DNA from: an uncultured Desulfarculus sp.
GTDB taxonomy: Bacteria > Desulfobacterota > Desulfarculia > Desulfarculales > Desulfarculaceae
Assembly: GCA_963665125.2 (NCBI GenBank)
Contig: CAXXUK010000001.1
Span: 672,001-736,000 of the forward strand
Reading direction: 5' to 3'
DNA length: 64,000 nucleotides
Of this stretch, positions 37,041 through 48,041 are shown one piece after another. The notes under the pieces were generated by a model. It was not told the origin of the DNA and did not search any database. It saw only the letters and a list, made by a program, of their open reading frames with translations. Each line of letters starts with the position of its first letter. Positions within the stretch are counted from its first letter, which is position 1. The position numbers were made by a program, and so were the translations under genes.

Positions 37041-38834
37041 TTATTCCGTTCGGGATTGGTTAAGTTCCAAAGTGACCACCGTTCCCCCGTTTGGCCGGTT
37101 GGTTATCGTCAGTTTGGCGCCGATGCGCCGGGCGCGGTAACGCATGATGCGCAGACCCATGCCCTGCCTGTTTCTCTGCTCGTCAATGCCCGTGCCGTCG
37201 TCCTGGATCTCAAAAATCACGCGCCCGTTTTGCTTTGACGAATATATGCGAATATTTTTAGCGTTGGAATGTTTAACCGCGTTGTGCAGGGCTTCGTGCA
37301 CGATGTAGTAGATATTTGTCGCGACGTTCTGGTCGGCGACTATCATGGGCTCCTCGCACTGGATGCGGCAGGAGACTCCGAAAACGTCCTCCACGTAACT
37401 GGTCAGTTCGCTCAGTGATGAGTCGATCCCTTGGTCGCCCACGTCCATGGGGCAAAGCCCCCTGGCCAGGCGGCGCAGCTTGTTGATGGAATCGACGACC
37501 AGGGCCTCTATCTTGGCGGCGCCGTCGGCCTCGGCCAGGCCTTTTTTACGCAGCTTCTGCTCCAGCACGTTGGTCAGCACTTCCACCCCGATGAGATGGG
37601 GACACAGGTCGTCGTGGAGGTCCCTGCCGATTCGCTGGTATTCGCGCTCGCCAATCTCCAAAAGCTCTCGTTCCAGCCTTTGGGAAGCGGCGAGTTTTTC
37701 CATGAATTTGTTGAAATAGGTGGCAAGTTGACCCACCTCGTCCTTTGAGTCGCTTTTCATGCGCACTGTAAGGTCTCCGGCCGCGCCGGCCCCGAAACGC
37801 TGCATCAGGGTCTTCAGGGGACGGGTGATGGAGGCGCTTATCAACAGGATTATGGGAATCGCCAGCAGCAGGGCCCCGCCCACGGTGGCCATGGCTATTT
37901 TGCGCATGGTGACCAGCGGCGCGTAATATTCCTCAAGGTAGCACGACGAGGCCACCACCCAGTCGAACTCCGGTATATAGTCGAAAACCAATAACTTTTT
38001 GCGGTATTGCGTTTCGCCGGGATTTTTCCAGTTGTAGAAAAGCTTGCCGCTTTTGAGGCGCAGGATGTCTTTGACGATGCTGTTGCCCCGGTCGTCAACG
38101 GCCTCCAGTTGGTTGCCCTGCAGTTTGGGATGCAACAGGATGTTGCCTTGGCCGTCCACCACAAAGGAATAGCCGGTTTCCCGGTATCTCAGAGAAAGCA
38201 CGCTCTGGCTGAAATCGGTTTTCTTGACCAGTTCCGTGAATTCGTCGCGGTAGGTTGTGGCCGAGATTATCCAATCCCAGGGCTTGAAATAGACCATGTA
38301 AAGGGCCTTGCCCCTTCGAGCCGTTTCGCCAGGATTCTGCCAATCATATTCCAGATAGCCGTCCCTGCGCTTGATCTGCTCTCTCACGAATTGCCGGTAA
38401 AGGAACTGCTTGCTGGCCACGCCGGCTCTGGGATGAACCACGGCCACGCCATTGCTGTCCACGCAATAGAGATAGCCGGCCTGACCGATCTTTTGGCACT
38501 CGATCAGGTTGGCGGCCTTGTTCTTGGCCTGTTGTTCGGTGATTTCGCCCCGCCGGTATTGATCGTAAATATTTTGCACCAGTCCGAGGTTGGTTTCCGC
38601 CACGCCGCGCAAATAGCTTCTGATTGAGCTTCTGGCTGCCGTATGCACCATGTTGAGAATGGTGGTGGTGGTGTTTTTAAGTTCGCTTTCTATGTTGTCT
38701 TGAATGATGTTGCGCACAAGGGAATAGAGCACAAGGCTGCTGAGCAAAATTGTCACACTGAATACAAAGGAGAAGCCCAACATCATTTTGATGCCTATGG
38801 GCAGGTTTTTAATCAATTCCAACAAGCGTTTCAT
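37041..38834 (-). CDS. Cache-HAMP HisKA_3 sensor histidine kinase
   Basis: TM, two Cache repeats, HAMP (DEVGQLA), IGRDLHDDL, EALHNAVKHS, DDGTG, GMGL. Confidence 0.92.
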   Translation of the reverse strand: MKRLLELIKNLPIGIKMMLGFSFVFSVTILLSSLVLYSLVRNIIQDNIESELKNTTTTILNMVHTAARSSIRSYLRGVAETNLGLVQNIYDQYRRGEITEQQAKNKAANLIECQKIGQAGYLYCVDSNGVAVVHPRAGVASKQFLYRQFVREQIKRRDGYLEYDWQNPGETARRGKALYMVYFKPWDWIISATTYRDEFTELVKKTDFSQSVLSLRYRETGYSFVVDGQGNILLHPKLQGNQLEAVDDRGNSIVKDILRLKSGKLFYNWKNPGETQYRKKLLVFDYIPEFDWVVASSCYLEEYYAPLVTMRKIAMATVGGALLLAIPIILLISASITRPLKTLMQRFGAGAAGDLTVRMKSDSKDEVGQLATYFNKFMEKLAASQRLERELLEIGEREYQRIGRDLHDDLCPHLIGVEVLTNVLEQKLRKKGLAEADGAAKIEALVVDSINKLRRLARGLCPMDVGDQGIDSSLSELTSYVEDVFGVSCRIQCEEPMIVADQNVATNIYYIVHEALHNAVKHSNAKNIRIYSSKQNGRVIFEIQDDGTGIDEQRNRQGMGLRIMRYRARRIGAKLTITNRPNGGTVVTLELNQSRTE

Positions 38835-39409
38835 GTAATTGCCGTTACGGTTATGCTTTTGTGTGGCCAATTCCGGATATCATCGGCAAATAACGAGCAA
38901 TTAATGATGCAATAGGAGCCAAGCCGTAAACAAGGGAAACTTTGTTGCGGCGCCGTATGGCCTTGCGGCCAATGCGGCAAGCATCGCCCGACAGGGCCAA
39001 CCGGCGCATTGTTCCGACTGTCTTTGTTTTTTATTTGGTTGGCTGTCGCGGCCTCGAAACGATTCTTTGCCGGGCAAAAGCCCGCAGTTAATTTATACTG
39101 GAACGATATGTATAATATATATTAGCGCTTAAGCACCGTTAACTGTTAATGGCGCGCAGTCTGAAAAAGAAAAATGAAGCATTGATCGGCAGCCCTATGG
39201 CATGGCAGATTAATATTAAAGCGCAATGAAATTTCGTATGCCGATATTACATTGACTTTCGTATTTATTGACGACTATATTCCATAGTATTGATAAGTTT
39301 TACTATCCATAACGATTCCTAACCCTACTCAGGGCAACCATAATCCTTTTGAGGGGTTTGGCGGCCGTGGTAATCCCGTACAACTTAATTAAGCACCATG
39401 GAGTTAACC

Positions 39410-41206
39410 ATGAATTTCCGTACCAGATTACTAGTTGCATTGATTCCTCTATTTGTCGTTGCCATCGGCGCAGTGGCCGGAATTTCCTATTGGGTCGCCT
39501 CTAATTCGCTTCTCAAGAACCAGGAAACCGCCATGCGGCAATTGGTCGACAAAACCGTCACGGAGTTCAGCAGCTGGTTGAAAAACCGGGAAAACCAAAC
39601 ATTGGTTTTTTCAAAGACAGGAGTTTTCATAGACGCCTGCCAGGGAAACAGAATGGAAGAGGCCAAAGCCAGGCTGAAGACATACCATGGCACGGAAAAA
39701 GTCTATGAAAACATCTTCCTGGCCACGCCCGAAGGCAAGTTGTTCCTTGATAGCATTGACGGCAAATCCGTGGGTGTGGATATCGGAAAAGTCCCCATTT
39801 ACGCCCCGGCCGTAGGAAAGGCCCGGGATGGCGAGTCCTGGGTGGGGCCGGTGTCCAAAAGCCCGGCCACCGGGCGGCCGGTGGTGCTGATCACCGCGCC
39901 GGTCAAGAACAAACAAGGCGAGTTTGTCGGCATTATCGGCACACCCATTGAACTCAACGTCTACAGCAAAGGGGCGATAGGAGACGTTAAGATAGGTGAT
40001 TCCGGTTATATGTATATGGTCGACGATCGCGGTGTGGTCCTGGCCCACCCGGACAACAATCTCATTCTAAATCTGAATGTTACTGATTATGTCTGGGGCA
40101 AGGAAATGCTGGAGAAAAAGAGCGGCCAGCTTTTCTACGACTATGAAGGCGAGCAACGCGTGGCCTATTTCGCCTCGGACTCGGAAACCGGTTGGATGGT
40201 GGTAGCCGCCACACGGGTATCAGAGTTGATGGCTCCGGTGCGGCGCATCGGCTGGACCTCCGCCCTGGTGGGCCTTATCGCTGTCCTTATTTCCGTGGGC
40301 GTGATCTGGCTGATCACGACGCGCGTTTTTCTGGTTATCCGAAGCTCCGTATTGGGTCTGAGTACTGCCGGACAAGAACTTGACGGCGCCGCCCGGCAGG
40401 TGAGCAACAGCAGCCAGACCCTGGCCGAAGGAGCTAGTGAACAGGCGGCCAGCCTGGAGGAAACCAGCTCATCATTGGAGGAAATGGCCTCCATGACAAG
40501 GCAGAACGCTGAAAACGCGCGACAGGCGGACCAACTCATGAAGGAAGCCACATCCGTTGTGGGCAAGGCCGATAGCTCCATGGGAGAACTCAGCGTGGCC
40601 ATGGAAAAAATCACCTCCGCCAGCGATGAGACGGCAAAGATTATCAAGACCATTGATGAGATCGCTTTCCAGACCAACCTGCTGGCCTTGAACGCGGCAG
40701 TGGAAGCGGCGCGAGCAGGCGAGGCCGGGGCGGGATTCGCCGTGGTTGCCGACGAAGTGCGCAATCTGGCCCTGAGGGCGGCCGAGGCTGCCAGGAATAC
40801 GGCGAATCTCATCGAGGGCACCATCGACAGGACCCGGGAGGGCTCCGATTTGGTGTCCCGTACCAATGAGGCGTTTCAAGAGGTGGCGGGAAGTGCCCAG
40901 CAGGTGGCTGCGTTGATAGGCGAAATCGCGGGAGCCAGTTCAGAGCAGGCCCAGGGCATTGACCAGATCAGCAAAGCCACCAACGAGATGGACAAGGTCA
41001 CCCAAGCCGTGGCGGCCAATGCCGAAGAGAGCGCTGCGGCCAGTGAGGAACTCAGCGCCCAGGCCAGCACAATGCGGGGCTATGTGGCTGATTTGAGCCA
41101 ATTGGTGGGCAGCAAGGACAAAGTCGCGCACCAACAGTATGATGAACAGGCCGAACCACGGGGCGGTGCGGGTCGGCGATTGCTGCCCCGGAGACGCAAC
41201 GATTGA
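39410..41206 (+). CDS. Methyl-accepting chemotaxis protein with dCache domain
   Basis: [34 protein letters not shown]; two TM segments flanking a Cache domain. Confidence 0.95.
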   Translation: MNFRTRLLVALIPLFVVAIGAVAGISYWVASNSLLKNQETAMRQLVDKTVTEFSSWLKNRENQTLVFSKTGVFIDACQGNRMEEAKARLKTYHGTEKVYENIFLATPEGKLFLDSIDGKSVGVDIGKVPIYAPAVGKARDGESWVGPVSKSPATGRPVVLITAPVKNKQGEFVGIIGTPIELNVYSKGAIGDVKIGDSGYMYMVDDRGVVLAHPDNNLILNLNVTDYVWGKEMLEKKSGQLFYDYEGEQRVAYFASDSETGWMVVAATRVSELMAPVRRIGWTSALVGLIAVLISVGVIWLITTRVFLVIRSSVLGLSTAGQELDGAARQVSNSSQTLAEGASEQAASLEETSSSLEEMASMTRQNAENARQADQLMKEATSVVGKADSSMGELSVAMEKITSASDETAKIIKTIDEIAFQTNLLALNAAVEAARAGEAGAGFAVVADEVRNLALRAAEAARNTANLIEGTIDRTREGSDLVSRTNEAFQEVAGSAQQVAALIGEIAGASSEQAQGIDQISKATNEMDKVTQAVAANAEESAAASEELSAQASTMRGYVADLSQLVGSKDKVAHQQYDEQAEPRGGAGRRLLPRRRND

Positions 41207-41226
41207 TTTGAATGCCATTAACTTTG

Positions 41227-41265
41227 CGGGGTAGCGATGCTTTCTGCAAAAGCATCGCTACCCCG
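41227..41265. terminator. Hairpin between convergent MCP and RND genes
   Basis: CGGGGTAGCGATGCTTT / AAAGCATCGCTACCCCG. Confidence 0.75.
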
Positions 41266-41286
41266 TCGTTATTATCTGCCCAAGTT

Positions 41287-42735
41287 CTACTGCTTTTCCT
41301 CGCCGGTTGATTCGGTGGAGGGTTGCATGTTTCCACCCCCGCCGAGCACCGCATAGAGTTTCACCTGGTTGGCCAGTTTGCTCAAACGCAGCAATACCAG
41401 CGTCTTTTGCGACGCATATAAAGATTGCTGGGCCACAAGGACGTTCAGGTAGCTGTCCACGCCGTTTATATAGCGTTGTGAGGACAGGCGGTATGTTTCA
41501 CTGGTGGCGTGAACCAGGGCTTTTTGCGCCGTCACCTGAGAGTCTATGGTGCCTTGCACGGCAAGGGAGTCGGCCACCTCCCGGAAGGCCGCCTGGATGG
41601 TCCTTTCATATTGGGTCAGGGCGATTTTCTGGTCGGCCTCGCTCACCCGCAGGGCCGCCCAGGTCCGGGGATCGAAAATCGGCATGACCAACCTGGGCAT
41701 GAAGCTCCAGGTGCCAGCGGACGAGCCGAATAGGCCGGACAACTCGTTGCTTGCCGTTCCAAAGGATGTGGTCAGGGTTATGCGGGGGAAGAATGCGGCC
41801 CTTGCCGCGCCGATAAAGGCATATGCGCCCTTGAGCCGGTGCTCGGACGCGATGATGTCCGGCCGCTGCAACAGAACTTCCGAGGACAGTCCTGGGAAGA
41901 TTTCCTTTGAGTGTGGCGTGTTGCCCAGGTCGGCCGGCAACAGGCTTTCGGGCACCGGTGCGCCGGCCAGTAGATCCAGCGCGTTTTTGTCCTGGGCGAC
42001 AACCTGCCTGTATCGGGATATGTCCACCTTGGCCTGCTCGACCTGGGCCTCGGTTCTGCGCAGATCCAGTTCCGTCGCTACTCCCAGTTCATAACGTTTT
42101 TTAATCAAGTTGTAGGCATCGAGCTGGGAGTCATAGGTGGCCAGGGCCAGCCCCAGGTTTTCCCGGTCTGCGGCAAAGGTAAGCCAGACCCTGGCCACTT
42201 CGGAGACCAGGGCTATCTGGGCGCTGCGTCGGGCCTGTTCCGTGGCCAGGTATTCCTCCAGAGCTTGATCCTCCAGGCTGCGGATGCGGCCGAAGAAATC
42301 TATTTCCCAGGAGGCGATGCCGAAATCAACACTATAAGATTCTGTCGTTCTCGGCTTACCCGGTTCAGTGAGGTCGGCAGATGTCCGTTGCCTTTTATAG
42401 GCGCCACCCGCGTCAACGGAAGGGAACAACTCGGCCCGTTGGATGCCGTACATGGCCCGGGCCCTTTCCACGTTCAAGGCGGCCAGCCGGAGGTCACGGT
42501 TGTTTTTTAGGGCCATGCCGATGATCTGCCGAAGCCTGTCGTCGGTGAAAAAATCCTGCCACCGAAGGTCGGCCGCCGGCGTGGCCTCGGGTAAATCCCG
42601 CGCTTTTAAATAGGCCTCGCCCTGGGGCAACTGGGCCGGAACCGGCGTGGTGGGCCGATTGTATTGCGGGGCCAGGGTGCACCCGGCCATCAGCAAGGCG
42701 ATCGCCAGCAATGGAAGATATGACCACCTAGACAT
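41287..42735 (-). CDS. RND efflux outer membrane lipoprotein (OprM/NodT family)
   Basis: Lipobox MAGC, NNRDLR, WEIDFFGR, RPDI, IGAARAAFFPRITLT, LGGG. Confidence 0.93.
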   Translation of the reverse strand: MSRWSYLPLLAIALLMAGCTLAPQYNRPTTPVPAQLPQGEAYLKARDLPEATPAADLRWQDFFTDDRLRQIIGMALKNNRDLRLAALNVERARAMYGIQRAELFPSVDAGGAYKRQRTSADLTEPGKPRTTESYSVDFGIASWEIDFFGRIRSLEDQALEEYLATEQARRSAQIALVSEVARVWLTFAADRENLGLALATYDSQLDAYNLIKKRYELGVATELDLRRTEAQVEQAKVDISRYRQVVAQDKNALDLLAGAPVPESLLPADLGNTPHSKEIFPGLSSEVLLQRPDIIASEHRLKGAYAFIGAARAAFFPRITLTTSFGTASNELSGLFGSSAGTWSFMPRLVMPIFDPRTWAALRVSEADQKIALTQYERTIQAAFREVADSLAVQGTIDSQVTAQKALVHATSETYRLSSQRYINGVDSYLNVLVAQQSLYASQKTLVLLRLSKLANQVKLYAVLGGGGNMQPSTESTGEEKQ

Positions 42736-45700
42736 CGGCTTGCCCTCCGGAGTTGCTTTGATCAACGGTTTCGCCCTCTGCGCGCTTTTTGTGTTTGCCC
42801 AACCATTTGTAGATCATCACGTAAAACAGCGGCACGAACAGCGTCACCAGCAGGGTGGAGGTCACCATGCCGCCCAGCACGGCAATGCCGATGGCGGTTT
42901 GGGCTCCCGATCCGGCTCCGGCGGCCAGGGCCAGGGGAAGGATGCCGAAGCCGAAGGCCAGGGAGGTCATGATAATGGGGCGGAGCCTCAATTTGGCCGC
43001 CTCCAGGGTGGCCTTGATCAGATCGATTCCCTCGTCGACCCTTGCCCGGGCAAACTGGACGATCAAGATGGCGTTCTTGGTGGTCAGACCCAGGGTGGTC
43101 AACAGGCCGATCTGGAAATACACGTCATTGGGCTTGCCTTCCAGGGACGTGGCGATAACGCCGCCGATGACGCCCAAGGGCAGGGTCATCAAGATGGAGA
43201 TGGGGATGGGCCAGCTCTCATACAGCGCCGCCAGGCACAGGAAGATCACGAAGATCGAAAAGGCGTAGAGCAGCGGCGCCTGGGATCCGGCCATACGCTC
43301 CTGGTAGGAGAGGCCGGTCCAATCGTAGCCTATGCCCTGGGGCAATTTGGCCACGATCTCCTCCATGGCCTCCATGGCCTCGCCGGAGCTTCTGCCCGGA
43401 GCCGGTTCGCCCCAGATGTTGATGGACGAAAAGGCGTTGTAGCGCTCGAGTTTTGGTGAGCCGGTGGTCCACTTGCCCGAGGCGAATGACGAGAAAGGAA
43501 CCATCTCGCCTTTGTTGTTGCGCACGTAAAGCTTGTCCAAGTCGCTGGGCAACATGCGGTAGGGGGCGTCAGCCTGGACGTAGACACGTTTGACACGTCC
43601 GGCCTGGATGAAGTCGTTGACATAGGCGCTGCCGAAGGCCGCGGAGATTGTGCTGTGAATCGAGGATATGGGCACGCCCTGGGCTCCGGCCTTGTCCCAA
43701 TCCACGTCGATATGATACTCGGCCACGTCGTCCATGCCGTTGGGCCGCACCCGCACCAGACGCGGGTCCTTGGCCGCCATGCCCAGGAGCTGGTTGCGGG
43801 CCGCCATGAGTTTCGCGTGGCCCAGACCGCCCCGGTCCTGCAACTGGAAGTCAAATCCGGTGGCATTGCCCAGTTCGATGACCGCAGGAGGCGGGAAGGC
43901 GAATACCATGGCCTCTTTGATTTGGGAAAAAGACCCCATGGCCCGGCCCACGATAGCCCACACCTTCAGATCCGGGCGTTCGCGCAGTTTCCAGTCTTGG
44001 AGTCTGACAAAGGCGAGGCCCACGTTCTGCCCCTGGCCGCCGAAACTGGTGCCGGAAATGGTCATCAGGGATTCCACGCCTTCCTTTTCATTATTCAGGA
44101 AGTAGTCCTTGACCTTGTTCATGACCTCATGCGTTTGTTCCAAGGTAGAGCCCGAGGGAAGCATGGCCTGGACCAGAATGATGCCCTGGTCTTCATCCGG
44201 TAGATACGAGGTGGGCATGCGTTGGAACAGATAGCCCATGGCGACCACGATGAGCACGAACACAAGGAGGTAACGCAGTTTTTTGGCCAGCACCCGGCCG
44301 ACGGCCTTGATGTACAACTCCCTGGCGCCGTTGAAGAACCGGTCGAACCACCGGAAGAACGGACGCAGGAAGAAAATCACGTGGTCCGACGGCTGGTGCC
44401 CCTTGGGTACGGGCTTGAGCAAAGTGGCGCAGAGCACTGGGGTCAGGATCAGGGCCACCACCACCGAAAGCAGCATGGATGAAATAATGGTGATGGAAAA
44501 CTGGCGGTAAATAACGCCCGTGGAACCCGGGAAAAAGGCCATGGGGCCGAATACTGCGGAGAGCACCAGGCCGATGCCGATCAGGGCGCTGGTGATCTGC
44601 TCCATGGATTTGGCCGTGGCCTCCCTGGGAGAGAGCCCTTCCTCGGCCATGATTCGTTCGACGTTTTCCACAACCACGATGGCGTCGTCCACCAATAGAC
44701 CAATGGCCAACACCATGGCGAACATGGTCAACATATTGATGGAAAAGCCGAACAGGCCCAGGATCGCGAAGGTTCCCAACAGAACCACCGGCACGGCGAT
44801 GGTGGGAATCAGGGTGGAACGGAAGGTCCCCATGAACACGTACATGATCACGAAAACCAACAGCACCGCTTCAAACAGGGTCTGGACGACCTCGTCAATG
44901 GCCACCGAGGTGAAGGGCGTGGTGTCGTAGGGGTAGATGACCTTCATGCCCGGAGGAAAATAGCGGCTCATTTCCTCCATTTTTTTTCTGACGGAATTGG
45001 CGGTGTCCAAGGCGTTGGCTCCGGAAGCCTGGCGAATAGCCATGGCCGCCGAGGGCAGGCCGTTGTATTCGGCCACCACGTCATAGCGTTCTGTGCCAAG
45101 TTCCGTGCGGGCCACGTCTTTGACTCGCACCACTGAGCCGTCCTGGTTGGTGCGGATGGGGATGTCGGCGAATTGTTCCGGAGTCTCCAGCAGGTGCTGC
45201 ACAATGATTGCCGCGTTCAGGCGTTGGCCCTCCACGGCCGGCGCACCGCCGAACTGCCCGGCGGAGACCTCCACGTTGTAGCTCTTGAGGGCCTGGATCA
45301 CATCTTCGATGGTTAGACGGTATTTGGTCAGCTTGTCCGGGTTGAGCCAAATCCTCATGCCGAACTGGGTGCCGAAGCTCTGAACTTCGCCAACGCCGGG
45401 CACGCGCGATAAAATCTTTTCCAAGTTGGACTGGGCGTAATCCCGGAGGGTTTCACCGTCCATGCTGCCGTCTTCGGAAATCAGACCAACGATCAGCAGA
45501 TAGTTTCTGGTGGACTTGCTTACCGTAACACCCTGGCGCTGCACCATGTCCGGCAGGCTGGCCATGGCCAACTGAAGCTTGTTCTGCACCTTTGACCAGG
45601 CCACATCCGGGTCGGTGCCCGGCGCGAAGGTCATTTCGATTCGTGATGCGCCGGACGATGAACTGGTGCCGGAGAGATAGAGCATGTTGTCCAGACCAGT

Positions 45701-45910
45701 CATCTTTTGCTCGATGATCTGGGTGACGGTGTTTTCCACGGTCTCGGCCGAGGCTCCGGGGAAAAACGAGTCAACGGCAATGGACGGCGGCGCGATGGGC
45801 GGATACTGCGAAATAGGCAAATTGTAGATGGCCAGCGCTCCGGCGGTCATCATCACGATGGCGATGACCCAGGCGAAGACCGGTCGATCCAGGAAGAATT
45901 TTGACAGCAT
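42728..45910 (-). CDS. acrB: RND efflux permease (AcrB/MexB family)
   Basis: FFLDRPVFAWVIAI, GLLVDDAIVVVENVER, RLRPIIMTSLAF. Confidence 0.96.
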   Translation of the reverse strand: MLSKFFLDRPVFAWVIAIVMMTAGALAIYNLPISQYPPIAPPSIAVDSFFPGASAETVENTVTQIIEQKMTGLDNMLYLSGTSSSSGASRIEMTFAPGTDPDVAWSKVQNKLQLAMASLPDMVQRQGVTVSKSTRNYLLIVGLISEDGSMDGETLRDYAQSNLEKILSRVPGVGEVQSFGTQFGMRIWLNPDKLTKYRLTIEDVIQALKSYNVEVSAGQFGGAPAVEGQRLNAAIIVQHLLETPEQFADIPIRTNQDGSVVRVKDVARTELGTERYDVVAEYNGLPSAAMAIRQASGANALDTANSVRKKMEEMSRYFPPGMKVIYPYDTTPFTSVAIDEVVQTLFEAVLLVFVIMYVFMGTFRSTLIPTIAVPVVLLGTFAILGLFGFSINMLTMFAMVLAIGLLVDDAIVVVENVERIMAEEGLSPREATAKSMEQITSALIGIGLVLSAVFGPMAFFPGSTGVIYRQFSITIISSMLLSVVVALILTPVLCATLLKPVPKGHQPSDHVIFFLRPFFRWFDRFFNGARELYIKAVGRVLAKKLRYLLVFVLIVVAMGYLFQRMPTSYLPDEDQGIILVQAMLPSGSTLEQTHEVMNKVKDYFLNNEKEGVESLMTISGTSFGGQGQNVGLAFVRLQDWKLRERPDLKVWAIVGRAMGSFSQIKEAMVFAFPPPAVIELGNATGFDFQLQDRGGLGHAKLMAARNQLLGMAAKDPRLVRVRPNGMDDVAEYHIDVDWDKAGAQGVPISSIHSTISAAFGSAYVNDFIQAGRVKRVYVQADAPYRMLPSDLDKLYVRNNKGEMVPFSSFASGKWTTGSPKLERYNAFSSINIWGEPAPGRSSGEAMEAMEEIVAKLPQGIGYDWTGLSYQERMAGSQAPLLYAFSIFVIFLCLAALYESWPIPISILMTLPLGVIGGVIATSLEGKPNDVYFQIGLLTTLGLTTKNAILIVQFARARVDEGIDLIKATLEAAKLRLRPIIMTSLAFGFGILPLALAAGAGSGAQTAIGIAVLGGMVTSTLLVTLFVPLFYVMIYKWLGKHKKRAEGETVDQSNSGGQADV

Positions 45911-45922
45911 GACGTGTCTCCG

Positions 45923-47104
45923 CTACTTGGATTCGGCCTTGGGTTGAGCCTCATTGCCGGGCTTGGCTTCTTCTGTTTTGTTAAAGGGCACGACCTTTAC
46001 CTCGGCGCCGGGCCGCACTCTTTGCAGACCTTCGACGATCACGCGGTCGCCGGAGACAATGCCGTCGGAAATCAGCCAGTTGTCACCGATGGCTCTGTCG
46101 GCGGTTAGCATGCGCAAGGCGACTTTGTTGTCCGCGCCCACCACATAGGCGAAGGGTGATCCCTTTTGGTTGCGCAACACGGCCTGCTGGGGCACCAGTA
46201 TGGCTTTTTTGTTCACACCCTGTACCACCACGGCGCGGACAAACATCTCCGGAAGCAAGGTCCCGTCCGGGTTTGGAAAGACCATGCGCAGGATCACCGA
46301 ACCGGTTGTGGGGTCCACCGATACATCGCGAAACTGCAAAGTGCCTTGCTGGGGATAGGGTGTTCCGTCTTCAAGGATGAGCTTGACCTGGTTTTGTTCG
46401 TCGCCGTCCAGGTTCAAATGGCCTTCTTTCAGGCTGCGCCGCAGACGCAGTAACTCGGATGTCGACTGGGGCACATCCACGTAAATGGGATTGAGCTGCT
46501 GAATCGTGGCAAGGGCGCTGGGTTGATAGGCCGTTACAATGGCGCCGTCGGTTACGGTGGACCTGCCGATGCGGCCCGAAATGGGCGCTACGACTTTTGT
46601 GTATCCAAGATTTATGCGCGCTGTTTTGACCGAGGCTTCGTAGTAGCGGATATCCGCTTCGGTCAGACCCAGGGCGGCGGCGGCATCGTCATAATCCTGT
46701 TGGCTGACCGCCTTGGCCTCCAGCAGGGTCTTGTAGCGCTCGGCCCTTAACTTAACAGATGGCAGATTGGCCTTGGCCCTGCCCAGGGCGGCCACGGCGT
46801 TGTCCAGAGCCGCCTGAAACGGCGCGGGATCAATCTGGTAGAGCACCTGGCCGGCTTGGACATCCGAGCCCTCGGTAAACAGGCGCTTTTCAATCAGACC
46901 GTTGATCCGGGGCCTGATCTCCGCGATAAGAAAGGCCGCGGTGCGCCCCGGCAGTTCGGCGACCTCGGTTATCTGTTGAGCCTGCACCGTTACCACGGAT
47001 ACTTCCGGGGTGGATTGCCGCGGCCCGGCCTGCTGCCCTCCGTCGCAGGCCGACAGCGAAAGGCTCACTAAGAACACCGCCAAAACCAGCTTCAATTTTG
47101 ACAT
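45923..47104 (-). CDS. acrA: RND membrane fusion lipoprotein (AcrA/MexA family)
   Basis: Lipobox LSAC, ELPGRT, LYQIDPAPFQA, APISGRIG, VDPTTGSV. Confidence 0.94.
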   Translation of the reverse strand: MSKLKLVLAVFLVSLSLSACDGGQQAGPRQSTPEVSVVTVQAQQITEVAELPGRTAAFLIAEIRPRINGLIEKRLFTEGSDVQAGQVLYQIDPAPFQAALDNAVAALGRAKANLPSVKLRAERYKTLLEAKAVSQQDYDDAAAALGLTEADIRYYEASVKTARINLGYTKVVAPISGRIGRSTVTDGAIVTAYQPSALATIQQLNPIYVDVPQSTSELLRLRRSLKEGHLNLDGDEQNQVKLILEDGTPYPQQGTLQFRDVSVDPTTGSVILRMVFPNPDGTLLPEMFVRAVVVQGVNKKAILVPQQAVLRNQKGSPFAYVVGADNKVALRMLTADRAIGDNWLISDGIVSGDRVIVEGLQRVRPGAEVKVVPFNKTEEAKPGNEAQPKAESK

Positions 47105-47187
47105 TTTATTTCCTTCATCGGTGCTTGACATCAGCGCTCTCCAATGACTCATGACGTTGATGTGACAAAGGCGAGATCCCGTTTGTT

Positions 47188-47817
47188 TCATGGTTCGCGA
47201 AGCAGTCCCTTGAAAAGAATGTTTAAGATGACATCCGGGTCATCCGGATATTCATTTTTGTCGGGGTCTTCGATCCACAGAAAAATAAAACTATGGTGAA
47301 TGCTGTCGAGAGCAATGGCCAAATGGCTCGGCTCGGCGATCTTGTTGAAAAGGCCCTTCTTCATGCCCCGTTCAAAAACAGTGGTGAGTTCCTGTTGCAC
47401 CTGATCGTGTCGCTCACGGACCTCGTCATCCAATCCGACTTTGGCGTCAAAGCCTTTCCGGATTGTTTCGGCGTGATAAAGCTGGACGGCGGCGGCATTT
47501 TCAAAAAAAAGTTCTCTTTTGGTTCTCACATATTTCCGAAGGGTATCAACCTCGTCATTCCCTTCACTCAGGGATTCAAGCAGGGTGCGGTGGAACCTCT
47601 CGGAATTTTGCAGCATGATGGACTTGTAGATTTCTTCCTTGCTGCAAAAAAACTTGTAGAGCGTTCCCACGGCGAACTCTGATTTTTCGGCGATCTCGTT
47701 CATGGAAACGTTGCTGTAGCCTTTTTGGGAAAACAACTCCAGCGCGGCGTCGAGGATGTATTGCCGTTGACGTTGCTTTTCCTTTTCCCGGCGCGTCAGT
47801 GTTTTTTCTTGCGCCAT
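47188..47817 (-). CDS. TetR-family regulator of the RND operon
   Basis: ILDAALELFSQKGYSNVSMNEIA...GTLYKFFCSKEEI. Confidence 0.92.
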   Translation of the reverse strand: MAQEKTLTRREKEKQRQRQYILDAALELFSQKGYSNVSMNEIAEKSEFAVGTLYKFFCSKEEIYKSIMLQNSERFHRTLLESLSEGNDEVDTLRKYVRTKRELFFENAAAVQLYHAETIRKGFDAKVGLDDEVRERHDQVQQELTTVFERGMKKGLFNKIAEPSHLAIALDSIHHSFIFLWIEDPDKNEYPDDPDVILNILFKGLLREP

Positions 47818-47883
47818 CAGACCTCCGGTATTTAAAAAGCCACCCGCCCGGGTGACGCTTTATTGCAAGATATGAACGCTAAA

Positions 47884-47913
47884 TCTATATCGTGAATGCG
47901 CGTTCACAGTCAA
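47884..47913 (-). promoter_or_regulatory. Sigma70-like promoter with a palindromic operator in the spacer
   Basis: Minus strand TTGACT-N18-TATAGA; GTGAATGCGCGTTCAC near-palindrome at 47892-47907. Confidence 0.55.
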
Positions 47914-48041
47914 GAGTGTTCGGGGTGAAAATTGGAACTACTGGATAATTTTTGATTGGCAGGATGTTCCGGCTTTAAAAGGAACGGCGACACATCGCAG
48001 ATATTCGGCAATATAAACAATGTATTATGGTGTTACATGAA

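Noticed and set aside
38900..38926. Sigma54 promoter (TTGGC...TTGCA on the minus strand)
   Set aside because: GG-to-GC spacing is 8 nt, not the required 10.
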